Assembly: GCA_002269645.1 (NCBI GenBank) | Contig: NIVC01001485.1 | Location: 1-64,000 of the forward strand | Reading direction: 5' to 3' | Length of the DNA: 64,000 bases | From: Macrostomum lignano | Lineage: Eukaryota | Part shown: in pieces, positions 33,231 through 46,570 of the stretch | Position numbering within the stretch: the first letter of the stretch is position 1 | How the letters are laid out: each line of letters starts with the position of its first letter | Program-made: the position numbers and the translations under genes | Notes under the pieces: generated by a model | Seen by the model: the letters and a program-made list of their open reading frames with translations, nothing else | The model's database searches: none | What the model was told of the DNA's origin: nothing

Positions 33231-33819
33231 TGACAAAACCAATACTGTACTATACCAACACAGTCACACAGTTACAACTGGTCTGTACAGGATACTGTAC
33301 TGTCCTGTAACCGTAACTGAACGCCGTTCAATCTGCAAGTCCATTGAAAGCACAGATAATATTTATAGTTATAAGCTGCTGTTTAATTCTCAGTGGCTGG
33401 GTTGCCGAACTCGAATTTCGATAATAATTTTATACACGAGTATAATCAGTTCCTGGTGCAAAACTATGAAGCAAAAACTCAAGTTTTAGAAACACCATAC
33501 AAAGCAGAATAGCTAGATATGTGACTCGCAAAAACGCTCTTGTCTACTCGATTTTAGTAGCACAATCAGCTTTTTACCGTTATTATAGTAATCCAAAATT
33601 GAGATTTTATGAGACAATTTAAGCTTTTGTATATGCAACAGTCACGTTAGGATTTCTACAAAGAGAAAATCAGACCCATTTAATTAGCAGACTGGCAGAT
33701 CACAGGAAAACTTAAAAAACACAAAACCAGTGCGATAGTGCGTAGTGCAAAGCAATTTCTAGAGAGAAAATGGGTGGCGGCAGACCGACAAACAGTTTGG
33801 CTTTCCTCTTGCCCACTTG

Positions 33820-34045
33820 TGTCTGACTTTGACCTCTCTCCTTACTGCTCTCTCATTGGCTGAGCTAGATTGGGCCTGTACCCTAGGCTGGGTGTCGTCC
33901 GTCTGACTTTAACCTCTCTCCTTACTGCTCTCTCATTGGCTGAGCTAGATTAAGCCTGTACCCTAGGCTGGGGGTCGTCCGTCTGACTTTAAACTCTCTC
34001 CTTACTGCTCTCTCATTGGCTGAGCTAGATTGGGCTTGTCCTCCA
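33820..34045. repeat. ~75-bp tandem repeat (3 copies)
   Basis: GTCTGACTTT.ACCTCTCTCCTTACTGCTCTCTCATTGGCTGAGCTAGATT unit. Confidence 0.85.
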
Positions 34046-34323
34046 GAAGCGTCTGTCTTTCGTTCACTTGTGTACACATACATCGAGTTAAATGCTTGCT
34101 ATGATCATTCTTAACCCCCCCCTCCCGAGGCCGTGAACTCCGAGGAAAGTAAGAAACTTTAGCCAACACATTAAACTTATGTGACCCTGAGCAGAAAAAC
34201 TACTGAAAAGGAAGTGGACGCACTGCTTTTTCCCAACTTTAATTGTTAGTGATAAAAAATATATTTGTAAAACTAGTAAATTAGTAAAAAATATAAGATA
34301 TAAAAATAATCTGTCTCAGTCGG

Positions 34324-36197
34324 TCAGGACTTGAAGGTGCGCACTACGCGGACAACATTCTGCCGACAGACTGGGCATTCGGCGCAGCGCTTGCCGCAGG
34401 CTACGCAAGCCACCATGTGGCCGCATTCCAGTAGCACGCAGTCAACTGTGGCATCCATGCAAATCTTGCACAAGTCATCGTTGTGCACCGAGTCACGTTC
34501 GACAGCCAGCCGGCTAGCCGAGTGCTCTAGCCAGAGTCGGCGAAGTCGATCCAGCAGCTCCGATCGTTCGATGCAGCCTCTATAATCCACTCTGCGAATT
34601 GAAAGTGGGGATTAGGGGGACAGTGCCTAAGCATCAGCAAGGAATTTTCGGTTTCTTTAGCTTTGGTAACGCGTATTTTAGCTTAGGCAATGTAAGGCAA
34701 GGCAGAGGGTGGGACAGGTGGAGTAGAGTGAGGCTGGAGGGTGGGACAGGTGGGAGTAGGGTGAGGCTGGAGGGTGGGACAGATGGAAGTAGGGTGAGGC
34801 TGGAGGGTGGGACAGATCGGAGTAGGGTGAGGCTGGAGGGTGGGACAGTAGGGGTAGGGTGAGGCTGGAGGGTGAGACCAGGTGGGACTAGGGTGAGGCT
34901 ATAGGGTGGGACAGGGGGAGTAGGGTGAGGCTGGAGGGTGGGACAGATGGGAGTAGGGTGAGGCTGGACTGGAGGGTGGGACAGATGGGAGTAGGGTGAG
35001 GCTGGAGGGTGGGACAGGGGGAGTAGAGTGAGACTGGAGGGTGGGACAGGTGGGAGTAGGGTGAGGCTGGAGGGTGGGGCAGATGGGAGTAGGGTGAGGC
35101 TGGAGGGTGAGACCAGGTGGGACTAGGGTGAGGCTGGAGGGTGGGACAGGGAGTAGGATAGGCAGTAGAAGGTAGGACAGGCGGATAAAGGGTAATACTT
35201 AAATGAACACAGTGAAGTCAAGCGACGCTGTACCTGTTCTTAGCTAGCAGATGTTTCACCTCCTTGATTGACAGGCCATCCAATTGAGACTGGGAGTCAA
35301 TCTGGCTCAGGCTGGTCACCAGCTCGTTAGGCGGTTGCCGCTGTTTAGCCTGACTTTGCTGAATCTGAACAGCCTGAGTGGCAGCATCGCTATTTGGACC
35401 AAAGTGCTCAATAATTATGTTAGCAAGTCGGCTAGTCTCCGCGTCACCGTCTTGCCGTCGGTCGCCTTGAATATCATCGTCACCATAATCAACTTGTACA
35501 AATTGAAGAAACCAACGCAGATTTGCAGCACCCAATGAGACCAGATCGGCGAATGTGAAATTTGGATTGCTGAGTATCTGGAGTTAAGACCAAAAATTGT
35601 TTGTTTTTTATTTTTGTAGTTGAGTAAAATCGATGAATTGCTTAAGCTACGGTACTGGTGAATCAGGACGTTGCATTGCATGTAGGAGCGTAATTAAATA
35701 TTTTAATAATAATATTTAATTACACCTGCCCTAATGGCCAGATGTGCAACCGACAGCTCAGCCGCTGCTATTTGCGCGGCACATCTGAAGGCTGCGTACG
35801 GCTGTTCAGTCCAAGGACTGGGGGGTCGCCACACGCAATTTACAGCTGGGTGAACTGAAGCAATGCAGCGTTAAGTGTCTTGCTTAAGGACAGAGAGTGC
35901 TCCAGGTGGGAACGGGAACCGAACCCCCGACTTATTTACCTGGCAACGCCGACAAGCCAGCACAGACCAAAAAGACTGAGACGATAGAGGCAATAGAGAC
36001 GGTTGAGCTGCTAGCAGAGGTCGTTTTGTGCCAAGCTGCACGCGGCCAGCACGAGCCACAATGGCGAGGCAGCTGGCACAGAAGTTGCAAGAACAGAGGC
36101 AGCATAGTCGGCGACGCCTTGGCCCAAACCGGGCAAATGTGCGCTGGCAGTCAGTGCAGTGGCGCTGCTGCTGCTGGTTTAGAGCTGCTGCGTTGCC
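34324..36197 (-). CDS. RNF34/RFFL-like E3 ubiquitin ligase (FYVE-type Zn finger, SAP-like, C3HC4 RING); exons 36197-35940, 35577-35234, 34591-34324; 5' exon not located
   Basis: CTDC..CCLCSCNFCASC..CRRC; LSIKEVKHLLAKNR/VDYRGCIERSELLDRLRRLW; CKICMD..CVLLECGHMVAC..C..CPVCRQ; GT-AG boundaries with consistent phases 0/2. Confidence 0.85.
34705..35150. repeat. 33-bp G-rich minisatellite in an intron of the E3 ligase
   Basis: GGGAGTAGGGTGAGGCTGGAGGGTGGGACAGAT units. Confidence 0.9.
35820..35930 (-). mobile_element. SINE-like fragment in intron
   Basis: GGGGTTCGGTTCCC box-B-like followed by GTCCTTAAGCAAGACACTTAAC..CACCCAGCTGTAAAT, a segment resembling metazoan tRNA-SINE bodies. Confidence 0.35.
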
Positions 36198-36410
36198 CTG
36201 CAAACAGTTGGCATTAGATAATGCTTATTGAATAAGCTGTGCAAGTAGGGTGGTTTTGCCATAGATCCTATAGTGGTGGTGGGGGGGGGGGACAAAGCCA
36301 AGAATTCCCTTTTTCCCATATACTAAAAATTGTTTGTTGGTATCTATGTAATCAATTAGAGAAAAAAATGGCTCAGCCGATTTTCTTCAAACTTGCACTA
36401 TTCAATCAGG

Positions 36411-36593
36411 GGGCCATATGCATAAAGCCTAGTCCAGACTACCTAGTCCGGACTTGGGTAGTTCAGTCTATAGTCTATGGTCTAGCTACCCTAGTTCTGT
36501 CTAACTTTGTGTTTCTGCATACCAAATCCAAGTCCAGACTAGCTTTTCAAGACTGGACTACCCTAGACATCTGGAGCTTTCTACATATGGCCC
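36411..36593. mobile_element. MITE-like element, same family as 24972..25165
   Basis: TIR GGGCCATATG(C/T)A(T/G)AAAGC; internal sequence is reverse complement of the first copy. Confidence 0.6.
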
Positions 36594-37984
36594 AGAAATT
36601 CTTCTGTGATGGTACATGCATCATGGCTAAGAAATTGCTCAAAGCTAGAGGGATTAAATATTCAAAAAAACATGCTTTTAATTTAGGAATAAGTGTTGTT
36701 AGCATAGATTTTATTGCTATGGGTACTCATTTTATTGCCATAAAAAATTAAAATGCACAACCTTGGGAATCACTTGGCCATTTCTATTGGCAACACACAC
36801 ATGTAAGTTGCTATTGGCTGAGAGCAGTCACGTGACAACTATTCTGTCCAATAGCAACTTACATGAGTATGTTGCCAATAGTGAATCTAGGCCAGGTGAA
36901 TCCCTCTAGGTTGTGCATAAGCATGACTATTGTCAAAACTTTTTTCCATGGATGTTTAAATTAAACTTATTTCTTTGAAATGTAAACAAAATTCTGCAAA
37001 CAAAAAAGACATCTCACAGTAACTCTTTGCATGACTCACAATATTTCATTATAAAAAATATCTTGATAAGTTATGTAGAAATTTTACTTTTTCTTTTTAA
37101 GAAGTCATTTTGTCTATTGGCAGACAAAAAGGCAGCAGACAAAATGACTGCGCACCATGACAGGGGGGCAAAGTATTAGTATATCCTTCCAATAGCTTTT
37201 TCTAATCCAAGGGGAGAGGCAATGCCCTATATACCATAGTCCAGAAGGTGGCCTTTACACTGGAAAATTCTGGTGTATTTTTGCTTTTGCTAACAATCTT
37301 GGCATACACTTGGCATATATAATTTTCAGGTTCAACATGAAGTATACATAGGCCTAGTCAGTGTACAAAAATAGCCATGTCAATGTCAAATTTAATCGTA
37401 TAGTTAAATATCAACTATTAAAAGCTCTTTTAAAAATAATCAGAAACTTAAATAAAAAATATGAACAAAATTTAGGAGAAAAACAAAATTAAAACAAAGA
37501 ATATCAGTTTTTAGTAAATAAGTGTCATGGAAAAGTAAAAAAAAAACTATTTTATTTATATAATGGATATTCTTTAAAAAATTTGGTCTATAAGCAATTT
37601 GGGGCTTGGCATATTTTTTAAATTTTATATTGGCATAAATTTGAAAAAAAACATGAATTTTTATTCTGGTGTACTTCTACCATGATCAAGACTATGGCCT
37701 ATATGTACTCAGCAACATTGAAAAGTCACCATTCTAAGCGCCAGTTAGCAACTTCTCTTAGACTATTCTGAAATAAAAGATACGAGAAAACTGATCAGAG
37801 TAGCTTTAATCCATCCAACACTCGCACACTGCTTCTCCTATTTCATTCCTTAATAGTCAACTCAAGTCTGCCGCTGTGTAGTGAGTTGCATTACTTGAAA
37901 ATATTGAGAGACTTTACCTGCACTCGAAAGTGGCGATCACAGACAGAATCTTCTGTGATGGTGACTTTTCAATGTTGCTAAGTA

Positions 37985-38229
37985 GACGCATGGCCAAGAC
38001 TGCCACACACCAAGACCACCACAGCTATTACTGGCTACTGGTATTGAGGGGGAGCTACCAATCTTATAGCATTGCTATTCCTCTCATAGGTTCTTTTCTC
38101 GCTGCTGGCTCTCCTACCCACTCATCTCCTCTCTAGCACTATCTAATAACACATAAATTCAAATTTCTCCCTTAGCTCCCCAGGCCCAAGTGTGGCGGTC
38201 TTGGTGTGTGGCAGTCTTGGTCCTACACC
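37985..38229. mobile_element. Non-autonomous hAT-like MITE (245 bp)
   Basis: 8-bp TSD GCTAAGTA at 37977-37984 and 38230-38237; ~40-bp imperfect TIR containing CCAAGACTGCCACACACCAAGACC. Confidence 0.6.
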
Positions 38230-41200
38230 GCTAAGTAGGCCTATATGAATAACTTGACAAAGTCAGAGTTGTTATCATATAATTAATTTTGCATAATACA
38301 TAGGCAATCTTTATATATACTAACCTCATTATAAATTTAAGAAATGCATTTTTCAAATGAAAATTGAAAAAAAGGAAAATTTTAAAATTTAAAATTGTTG
38401 ATCAAATTTCTAACATAATTTGCTGCACTTTATACTATTCTTTTACTTTATTAATGTTTATAGGCTACCTATCAAAACAATATAGATATAGCCACTCGAT
38501 TAAATACATAGTTATTATATTAACAATAGATTAAATACAGTCTGCATTGACTTTAGAGGTCACAACACAAGCAATAAAAAAATCAAATAACACTACTGAC
38601 CCAGATAAATAGTCAGAAAATAGTAAACTAAACTTTTCAAACTTTTTACTAATTTAAAAATTTAAAGGTTCCAACTAATATTATTATTTCTCTTTGAAGT
38701 GTATTTTACCTATTTTAAACTGTACGAAATTAATGTAGTGATTTCACCGATAGATATTCAAACAGACGATTCAAATAAACGAGTGTTCTGTCTAACAAAG
38801 ATGCTCAATGCAGACTGTATTTTAGCCATCTTTTTACGCATTTGTGAGCTTTCTTTTGATGTAAAATTTTTATTTTTATGGTCGAATTAAATAAAAAATG
38901 TCAAAAAAACTACGGTTTAGCAACACGAAAGTTTGCATTGTTTCAGCTCTGCTTTAAGTTTAAAGGGATTTTTTTTACAAATTTTATAGTTATCTTTTTG
39001 AACAGAAATTCATTTCTACACCTTTACGCCCATCTCGGCAACAACGATGCGTGTCACACATACAATATTGTGCTTCCTCTAAGAAGCTTTTTTCGTTTAA
39101 AGCATGATTGTATACTTCCTGCTTAACTCTAAGTCGAAAAAGACTCCTGCCTCTGCTAAAAATATTTGCTTGTCGTCAGTTAAATTTCAATGTAAAGCTT
39201 ACGCATACCTCTGCTTTTAATTGACATTGCGAGTGCTCTTAATCAACGTTTATATTCGGAAAAAATGCGCTCGAAGTGTGTCTGCACTGGAATTTTATAG
39301 GTCTCAAAATAAATCATGGATTTTTTGTTGCAATACGGCGCTAAATATTTTTGTCTTTGAGTCCTAAATATCAGTTACAATTTTTACGCATGTCTCAACT
39401 TTAAAATGAAGCCTTGGGCACTTAAAATGACTGAAAAGTTTTGCTGATACTTAAAAGTAAACTATGTCAAAGCAATTAACTAACAATATTAGGCGTAACG
39501 TGAGGCCAAAACTCCTAAACGAAACGATTTGAAGCATTATACGAGGCATATCTGTATTGTCGATTATTTTTTATAGTTTTATAATATTTTAACGAACTTA
39601 AGAAACGAAAAATGGGCAAAACAACCTAAGAGTTGAATAAAGGTGAAAAAAAGTTTTTTCTATATTGTTGTGAGCCCCGTCCTACGGAGTAACGCATACA
39701 GCTTTAACCTGTCGGGAAGCTGCGACCCCAGGTCCCCAGTCAGAGCTCCCGTCCCGCGCCCTAGGGAGAAGCAGAAAAAGGACAGTAACTCGCGAACACG
39801 AACTTACACACCGTAGCCGATGCAGTTCGCCGTGCACTTTTTATGGTAGATCGACGAGTCGTTAATAGCCAACGGAGGCGGACCAACGCGCGCAAGGGAG
39901 GAGTCTGCCCTCCAGACAGCGACTATATATTTTTCATTGGTCCTACGCGTACATGAATATAACTTAAGAACAAATGTACGGTACAGCAGGGGAGGTGGGG
40001 CGGGGTGGCGTGATCGGCGTACGCATTGATTATTGATTGGAGGGGTGGGGCAGACTGGAGGGTTGGGGCGGGGCAGGAGGGCGAGAAAGGGCACGATTGC
40101 ACAACAATATGGTAAAGTAGGTCGTGTAGTTCTCTTAATTTTTTAATTCTCTCAGCTGTCAATCTGTAGGCAGCACTCTTCGCACACGCTGGCGTTGACA
40201 GACAAAGCCAGCAAGCAAGACTTACGATGCCAAAACAGACACGAGGGGCATTCGATCTACATATTTGATGGGTTTCGACCTTCGGGCTCCTCGTTAGGGA
40301 AGCCTTCGGGCCTCAGGCTCAGAAATAAATCAATGAGACCTGGCCCCCCACTCCTGTCAGATGGTCAGCCCCATGGTAGCTTGATCGTGTGGCGAGCAGT
40401 CTAGGTCCTATAGCTAAGAGAGGGACAGCGAGAGACAAGCAGGGAGAATTTTGAAGGTAGAAATTAGGTAATCCGCAGATCAACTAACTTGCTGCCACCA
40501 GCCCGTGCGCCCTGGCTCACCACACCGGGACTCTCGAAATCGGGCTTCCGACTAGAAGGGGCTTTGCACTTACCTGCCAACTAGTGTCTTTTTGCTGTCA
40601 ATCTCGAAGTCATAGCCGATGATAAGGGACACTGCTGGGACTAGATCGCATTGGCCATGCAGGTACAGAGGGGACTTGTGCAGGGGATTCTTGCAGTGGC
40701 GAGACTATGGGGTAGCTACATGTACTATTACATTGCTAAATACGAAGATATGTACTTTTGGCCTTCAACGCGCCAACTAGCCTCTCCTAGCGCTGATGAT
40801 AGGCTAACTCGAACTTCAGAGACCGCATGATTCATTTACCCGAGCCGCTTGGCTACCCTAGAGTGCACAAAGTACATCTCTGGCGCCGATTCTGCACTTC
40901 TGGCAGTTTTGCTCACTGATTTGTTAGATTGGTCGACTGAGAACTGCCTTGCCATTGGTCCACTGTGACCGGCGCCTACTAGCTTAGCTACTCATCTGAG
41001 CCATCGGCGAACAAAGAAATAAAACCGATAAAAATAACTGTTAGATTTAACCTTCTCCTTTAGTTCACTTCACACTTCAGATTGAATTGGAGTCTTAGAC
41101 TACTAACAGTATTATTGAATGATTCCTGCCTCAGCAACAGCACTACTGAACAAAATGAGCAAAATTGTGCGCCTAATTCAGCTACTGAAACAGGGGACAG

Positions 41201-42479
41201 ATAAGGAATCACCCAATCAAGCAAGTCCAGGTAGCCTCTCACCCAACCAATCAGGAACTCAACAGCCGGAGACCAGGTAATCCACAGTGACCGAATCGGC
41301 TTGATGCTCTGCAGCTGTTGACTCGGGATGATGCTGTCACAGTCTTCGCTGTTAGCTAGCAGGTGATGCTCTTAACTTGATGTTCGCTGCTGATGACCGG
41401 GGGACTCGTCCTTGATGATGATGGGGGGGGGAAGTCGCAATCCGGGGATCAAGAAACGACGGTCAGTTCCGGGCCGGTGGAGTAGGAACCAGGCCAGAGT
41501 CGGAACAGGTTGAGGTCCGAGCGGGCCAAAAACACCGGTTTATATAGCCGCCAACTGGACCGCAGTTTGTTATAATGGAACACGTCGATTCTGATTGGCT
41601 GAGCCGTTTTGTTAAAATGAGCGCCGAATTTTCTGATTGGCTAAGCTTGTTGCTACCCAGAATCACGTGACCGGGAGATCCTATCAGTTCCCACAGGGTC
41701 GTAAAAAGATGACAGGTGCGGCCATAAATCAATCAAAATCGCAACGAAATGATTTATGACTTTTCGCGTAGGATTGACAGAAATTAATGAAAAAATATAC
41801 ATTAGAAAGCTCTTATTAAATAGAAAGTGAAGATAATGAAGAGAAATTGCTAATCGCTAATCCCAAGGTACTTTTAGGGGTAAAACGCATAGCTGTCAAA
41901 GCTGTCACACGCTTGAGTGAACACGAACAATAGGCTCTGACCTCATAAATCTTGATGGCCTGTCAAAATGATGAGAAAAAAGCTACCGCCCGCATCCTCT
42001 CAGACCATCTGGCGCCCGCTTCAACACTGAGTGAGGCGCAGGTGGCTGTCAGACCAACTTTGAAAGCGATGATTTATGACCCAAAAAGCTGCGCCTATGT
42101 TATTATGACTACTAGTATGACCAAACATTATATCTAGTATAGATTCTATGAAAATTCGCAGAAAAAGGATAAAAATGCCCATTGCCCACTCTTAGTAGGC
42201 AAGTAAGTTTGGAGCCCATGTGCTAGCGCGGGATTTGGGAAAAAGCGCGTTCCATCAATTCGTGTAATGAGGGTGAAATGCTGAACTCGAAAATTGGCTA
42301 AATTAAAGCTGCCCAAAGCGGCTTCACCAATTGGCGAAGATAAAAAGGTGCTGAAAACGTTTTGTGTGCTTTTACTGTGCAAACCGTAGGACTAATGCGC
42401 TCGTACTACATGTAATCAACAGAAAATTAGCATAGTTGAAACTCACTTGAATTTATGCACATACTGTGTTGCGATTTGA

Positions 42480-43855
42480 TGCCTGGCAGAGCGGCTAAAG
42501 TGAGTCCAGGTAATAGGCCTTTTTCAATGAAAAATCAATGGCCAGGAGCCAAAAGTGATTAGTGGTCAGAATCGGAACCAGTATAGTGGAAACCATCTGA
42601 AATTTGAGTAAATTTGTCTTCGAGTTCATTTGGATTCGTGCTGCAATAAAAAAATTTTTAGTATGTTATCATGCAGGACACACGTTTCTTCCTAAAAAGT
42701 AGCTAATTCTTAGATTTTCGAGAATGCCATCAGCAGGGCTACTAGCACTTGATAGTTCGAATAGGGCCAGGAAGTCGCTCTGCAGCATTGCTACTCCGTC
42801 CGTTCCACTCGCCACAGCGCAGCTAAGTAGCCGTAAACAACCTTAATTTGTTTGATTGGATGTAGAGGTTTTGGCTCAGAATAGAAAGACAACATCTGTT
42901 TGCGGAATTTTCACAACAGTACATGTATAAAAATAAAAAATGATAATACCGAATAGTCCAGCCAGTTTTGCCCATTTAAAGATGTCAAAAATTGGTTGTC
43001 CGTGATCGGAGTTCCCCGAACGTCTCTTAAAACCGGATTTGAAACACGACTAGATGGGTGGTGAGCTTCGAAGCCGTTTTTTTCAGTGGGTGCTGCGACA
43101 TGAGTGGCTGGCGCTGACGAAGCTGCTGCAGCTGGCAGTGTGCTGCGATTGGGAAGTCTTGCAGATGACGTTGGTTTGGTAGTTCGGGAATACTTTGCAC
43201 GTTTTCTTCCCCAGTGCTCCTCTGCACCCTCTTCAGTATCCTTAATAGGTCTTTTTGATCTACGAAACTGAGGATTTGACTCAACATGTTGCAAAATATT
43301 TGCTTCTTTGATCCTTTCATGTATGAATTCTGCATTTTTGACCGCAAACTGTGCTGGTGACAGTGGCAGCGGGAAACATGATTTAATTCTCTTAAACCAA
43401 CTTTCAACGTGCGCATTCGAATATGGCGACTTTAACTGTGAATCTAAAAATACTCGACTCCATGTTCAAGCCGCCCTTAGTGGAAGATAAGTTAAGTACC
43501 GAGTCAGAAGTAGATCAATAAGGTTAGGTGAAAACAATTCATTGTCTGAAGTTTCTACTACTTTGGTGGAACCTGTGAGTTGTTTCAAAATCGAAACTCT
43601 TATTCCATCAAAGTATTCGAAGTATGGAGACCTTCTGTACATCGCACACTCGAAGCTGTCATCCTCTGGCATTGGAGTATCCGTTGTCTCGTTTTCTTTA
43701 GTTTCATCAGTTGAATGAGATAAGCTTTCAGAAGAGCATCTGTTCTTGCTGATTTCTTCTAATTGGCTTTTAGCAGTGAAGCAACTGGCACTACTACTAA
43801 TGGAGAGAAATATTGTCATGATGTTTCGAATTATTGATTTTACTCATTTACGCAC
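42480..43855 (-). pseudogene. Decayed DNA transposon (MULE/NOF-like transposase C-terminus plus Ulp1-like protease relic)
   Basis: YLPL..WSRVF..SNAHVESWFKRIK (in-frame TGA before WSRVF); LNGQNWLD and ILVPILTTNHFWLLAIDF..KAYYLDSL resemble Ulp1 motifs. Confidence 0.5.
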
Positions 43856-44051
43856 TGTGACGTCATTATCAAATTAAAGTAATTTAAAAAAGTTTCTCTA
43901 AGATGAGCGGGGACTCGCTTTCGTTTTAAGCGAGCCACCCCCTCTGCTCGCGCTCCAGAGTACGCACATGCGCGAGTACAATCCGAGAGAGAGAGAGAGA
44001 GACAGCCCCCCATCCCCCACTCTGCACAGAAAGCTAAACGCAGTCATCACA
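43856..44051 (-). mobile_element. 3' LTR (196 bp) of the Ty3/Gypsy element whose pol lies at 62502..64000
   Basis: TGTGA...TCACA termini on minus strand, preceded by purine tract GTGTGGAGGGA (44052-44062); joins pol stop once element C is removed. Confidence 0.65.
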
Positions 44052-45709
44052 TCCCTCCACACGTAGATGAAAAAAAAGAAAAAAACAGCAACTAAAAAGA
44101 AACAAAAACAGGAGAAAAGAAAATACTTCCCAGCACCACGACAACAATAACAGAAACCAAAAAATCGAACACCACCCAAAGCCGTAAACAAAAAAAAGTC
44201 GGTCAGGGAAAAAAACAAAAAAACGTTACTACGTAGGACGCAGATTGTTGTCGATTTTCAGATGTTTTGACGCAAAAAACGCAAATTATACTACTATCCG
44301 AAAATGAAGTAAGTAGTATACAAAAACGCTATCCTAAGCGTGATTCAATATGTAGTTGTAATAATCCATGTGCTCATATTAATTCCATGTACATTAATCC
44401 CTATCTATCTCAAATTGTACATTAATTCCATGTACATTAATCCCTATCCCAAATTGTCTATCCCCAATTCTATATGTACATGTGCATTAATCCACATGTA
44501 CAGTGTCATCCCCAGACGGCCCGCGCCCACCAAGATTACAACTCGAAACCCTACTACATGTACAACCTCATCCAAATGAGTCAACTAATTGTATAGCTCA
44601 CATCGTAATGTATATTTCCAATGTACATTCTCAGAGACAGATTTGAATAATACGGGTCGGAGTCTATATGTACATCGATAGCCTCTATACTCATATCCGC
44701 TACATACCCCAAAAATTAGGTATGTACATTTTTACCCTCGGAGACTACAGGTTTGAATATGCTGAATAATTTATTCGAAATCACTTATAAAATACACATA
44801 CTTTCATATAGAGGCGGGCCTGTACAAACTCTCGCCAAGCAATGGGGTGGAGGTTGCGTCATCCAAGTCTCTCCCAAGTCTGTCCCCCCAAATACAAGAC
44901 TGTGTTGAAGCAGTGCTTTATATTTCTATTGACAGTGGGTATGATACAAGAAGCTTCGTCGCGCTTTAATTACAGTAAACCATCCCCTCGAAGCTCCTAT
45001 ACTGAACGCTGAATCACCCTTTAACTCGGACCATAGTCAAATTCAACCCTGTTCGAAAACAGCCACCCCTCCGATGTTCACCAGACTCGTCTTCACAGCG
45101 CAGACCCCATAGCAAAATCGGGCTAAATTTTAACACTCGCCCCTGTTCTCTCTGTCCCCCTTCTAAATGCCAAGGAATTTCGACCCTCTCTCCATTTTCA
45201 GTGTACAGACAGATCTTTCCACAGCACCGACCCTATATTAAACTTCATTCAGCAAAACCCCTCTCTTCTCCGATTACGTCATCCATGCCGCCCCAGATAG
45301 CAAGAAACCAACTTTTAATGCACATATCAACCCCGCGAATCTGAGCAAATCCGAGTCCGCCAACCTCTACCTGCATTGACAAACCCCAGCTGCATTTGTA
45401 AATGTACACAGCCTATGAATCAGTGTCTCCACCGCATGCAATTCTGATTTACTTGATTCTAAACTTTGTAAATTGTATAAGTCACCCTTGCGTTATACTA
45501 GAAGTAGTGAAGTCCACATATTTAAATACGTGAGGCTATTCAATTCTGCCTCTCCGCCTCCCCTACCTTCTCACTTCAAGCTTTCAGACTTGGTCTTTGA
45601 GACGGTCGGTTTAATCTGTTAGAAGCAGGAATGAATCATGCACTGACCTCTCCATACAAAGTAAAGTTGGAATTTCAAACAAGAAATTAGGTTATTTTAA
45701 AAGCTAAAT

Positions 45710-46570
45710 GACTAGAAATGCACATTTTTTTTTCATTAAAATACAATTTTTCACAGTTTTTATGCATTTTTACGTTAAAATGCAGACTTTATTGATCAAA
45801 ATCAGTAGTTTCATCACTAGAAACCATACTTTCAACAGCTAATTTGTCCAAATATCGGTTTCAACTTGACCTTAGACAGCTTTTAAGCAGGAATGAACCC
45901 CACACAAACATCCACAAGCCAGCCCAAAATCAGCCAAAGACATGGCTATTGAAGCCTAAATTGCTAGAAATGAGCATTTTTTATAAGAAAATACAATTTT
46001 TCACAGTTTTTATGCATTTTTACGTTAAAATGCAGACTTTATTGATCAAAATCAGTAGTTTCATCACTAGAAACCATACTTTCAACAGCTAATTTGTCTA
46101 AATATCGCTTTCAACTTGACCTTAGACAGCTTTTAAGCAGGAATGAACCCCACACAAACATCCACAAGCCAGCCCAAAATCAGCCAAAGACATGGCTATT
46201 GAAGCCTAAATTGCTAGAAATGAGCATTTTTCATAAGAAAATACAATTTTCACAGTTTTTATGCATTTTTACGTTAAAATGCAGACTTTATTGATCAAAA
46301 TCAGTAGTTTCATCACTAGAAACCATACTTTCAACAGCTAATTTGTCCAAATATCGCTTTCAACTTGACCTTAGACAGCTTTTAAGCAGGAATGAACCCC
46401 ACACAAACATCCACAAGCCAGCCCAAAATCAGCCAAAGACATGGCTATTGAAGCCTAAATTGCTAGAAATGAGCATTTTTTATAAGAAAATACAATTTTT
46501 CACAGTTTTTATGCATTTTTACGTTAAAATGCAGACTTTATTGATCAAAATCAGTAGGTTTCATCACTAA
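45710..46570. repeat. 250-bp tandem repeat in left arm of C (3 full copies plus partial)
   Basis: Unit starts at 45844, 46094, 46343. Confidence 0.92.

Noticed and set aside
10470-35150. Regular repeat arrays that might be CRISPR-like, and their long repetitive ORFs (MSRLTGGIAE, MGGQVLR, WRPQFGAP, QTDR)
   Set aside because: Units abut without unique spacers, no cas genes, eukaryotic context; the ORFs arise from stop-free unit lengths.
40255-40310. Hammerhead-ribozyme-like core on minus strand (CTAACGAG..GAAAC), possibly from a Penelope-like element
   Set aside because: Core differs from CUGANGA at an essential G and stems I and III could not be formed by eye; an Infernal search would be decisive.
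45844-46570. Repeated 82-aa ORF (MSKYRFQLD..) as a multicopy gene
   Set aside because: Starts are TTG, one per 250-bp unit, broken by an indel in one copy; AT-rich non-coding composition.
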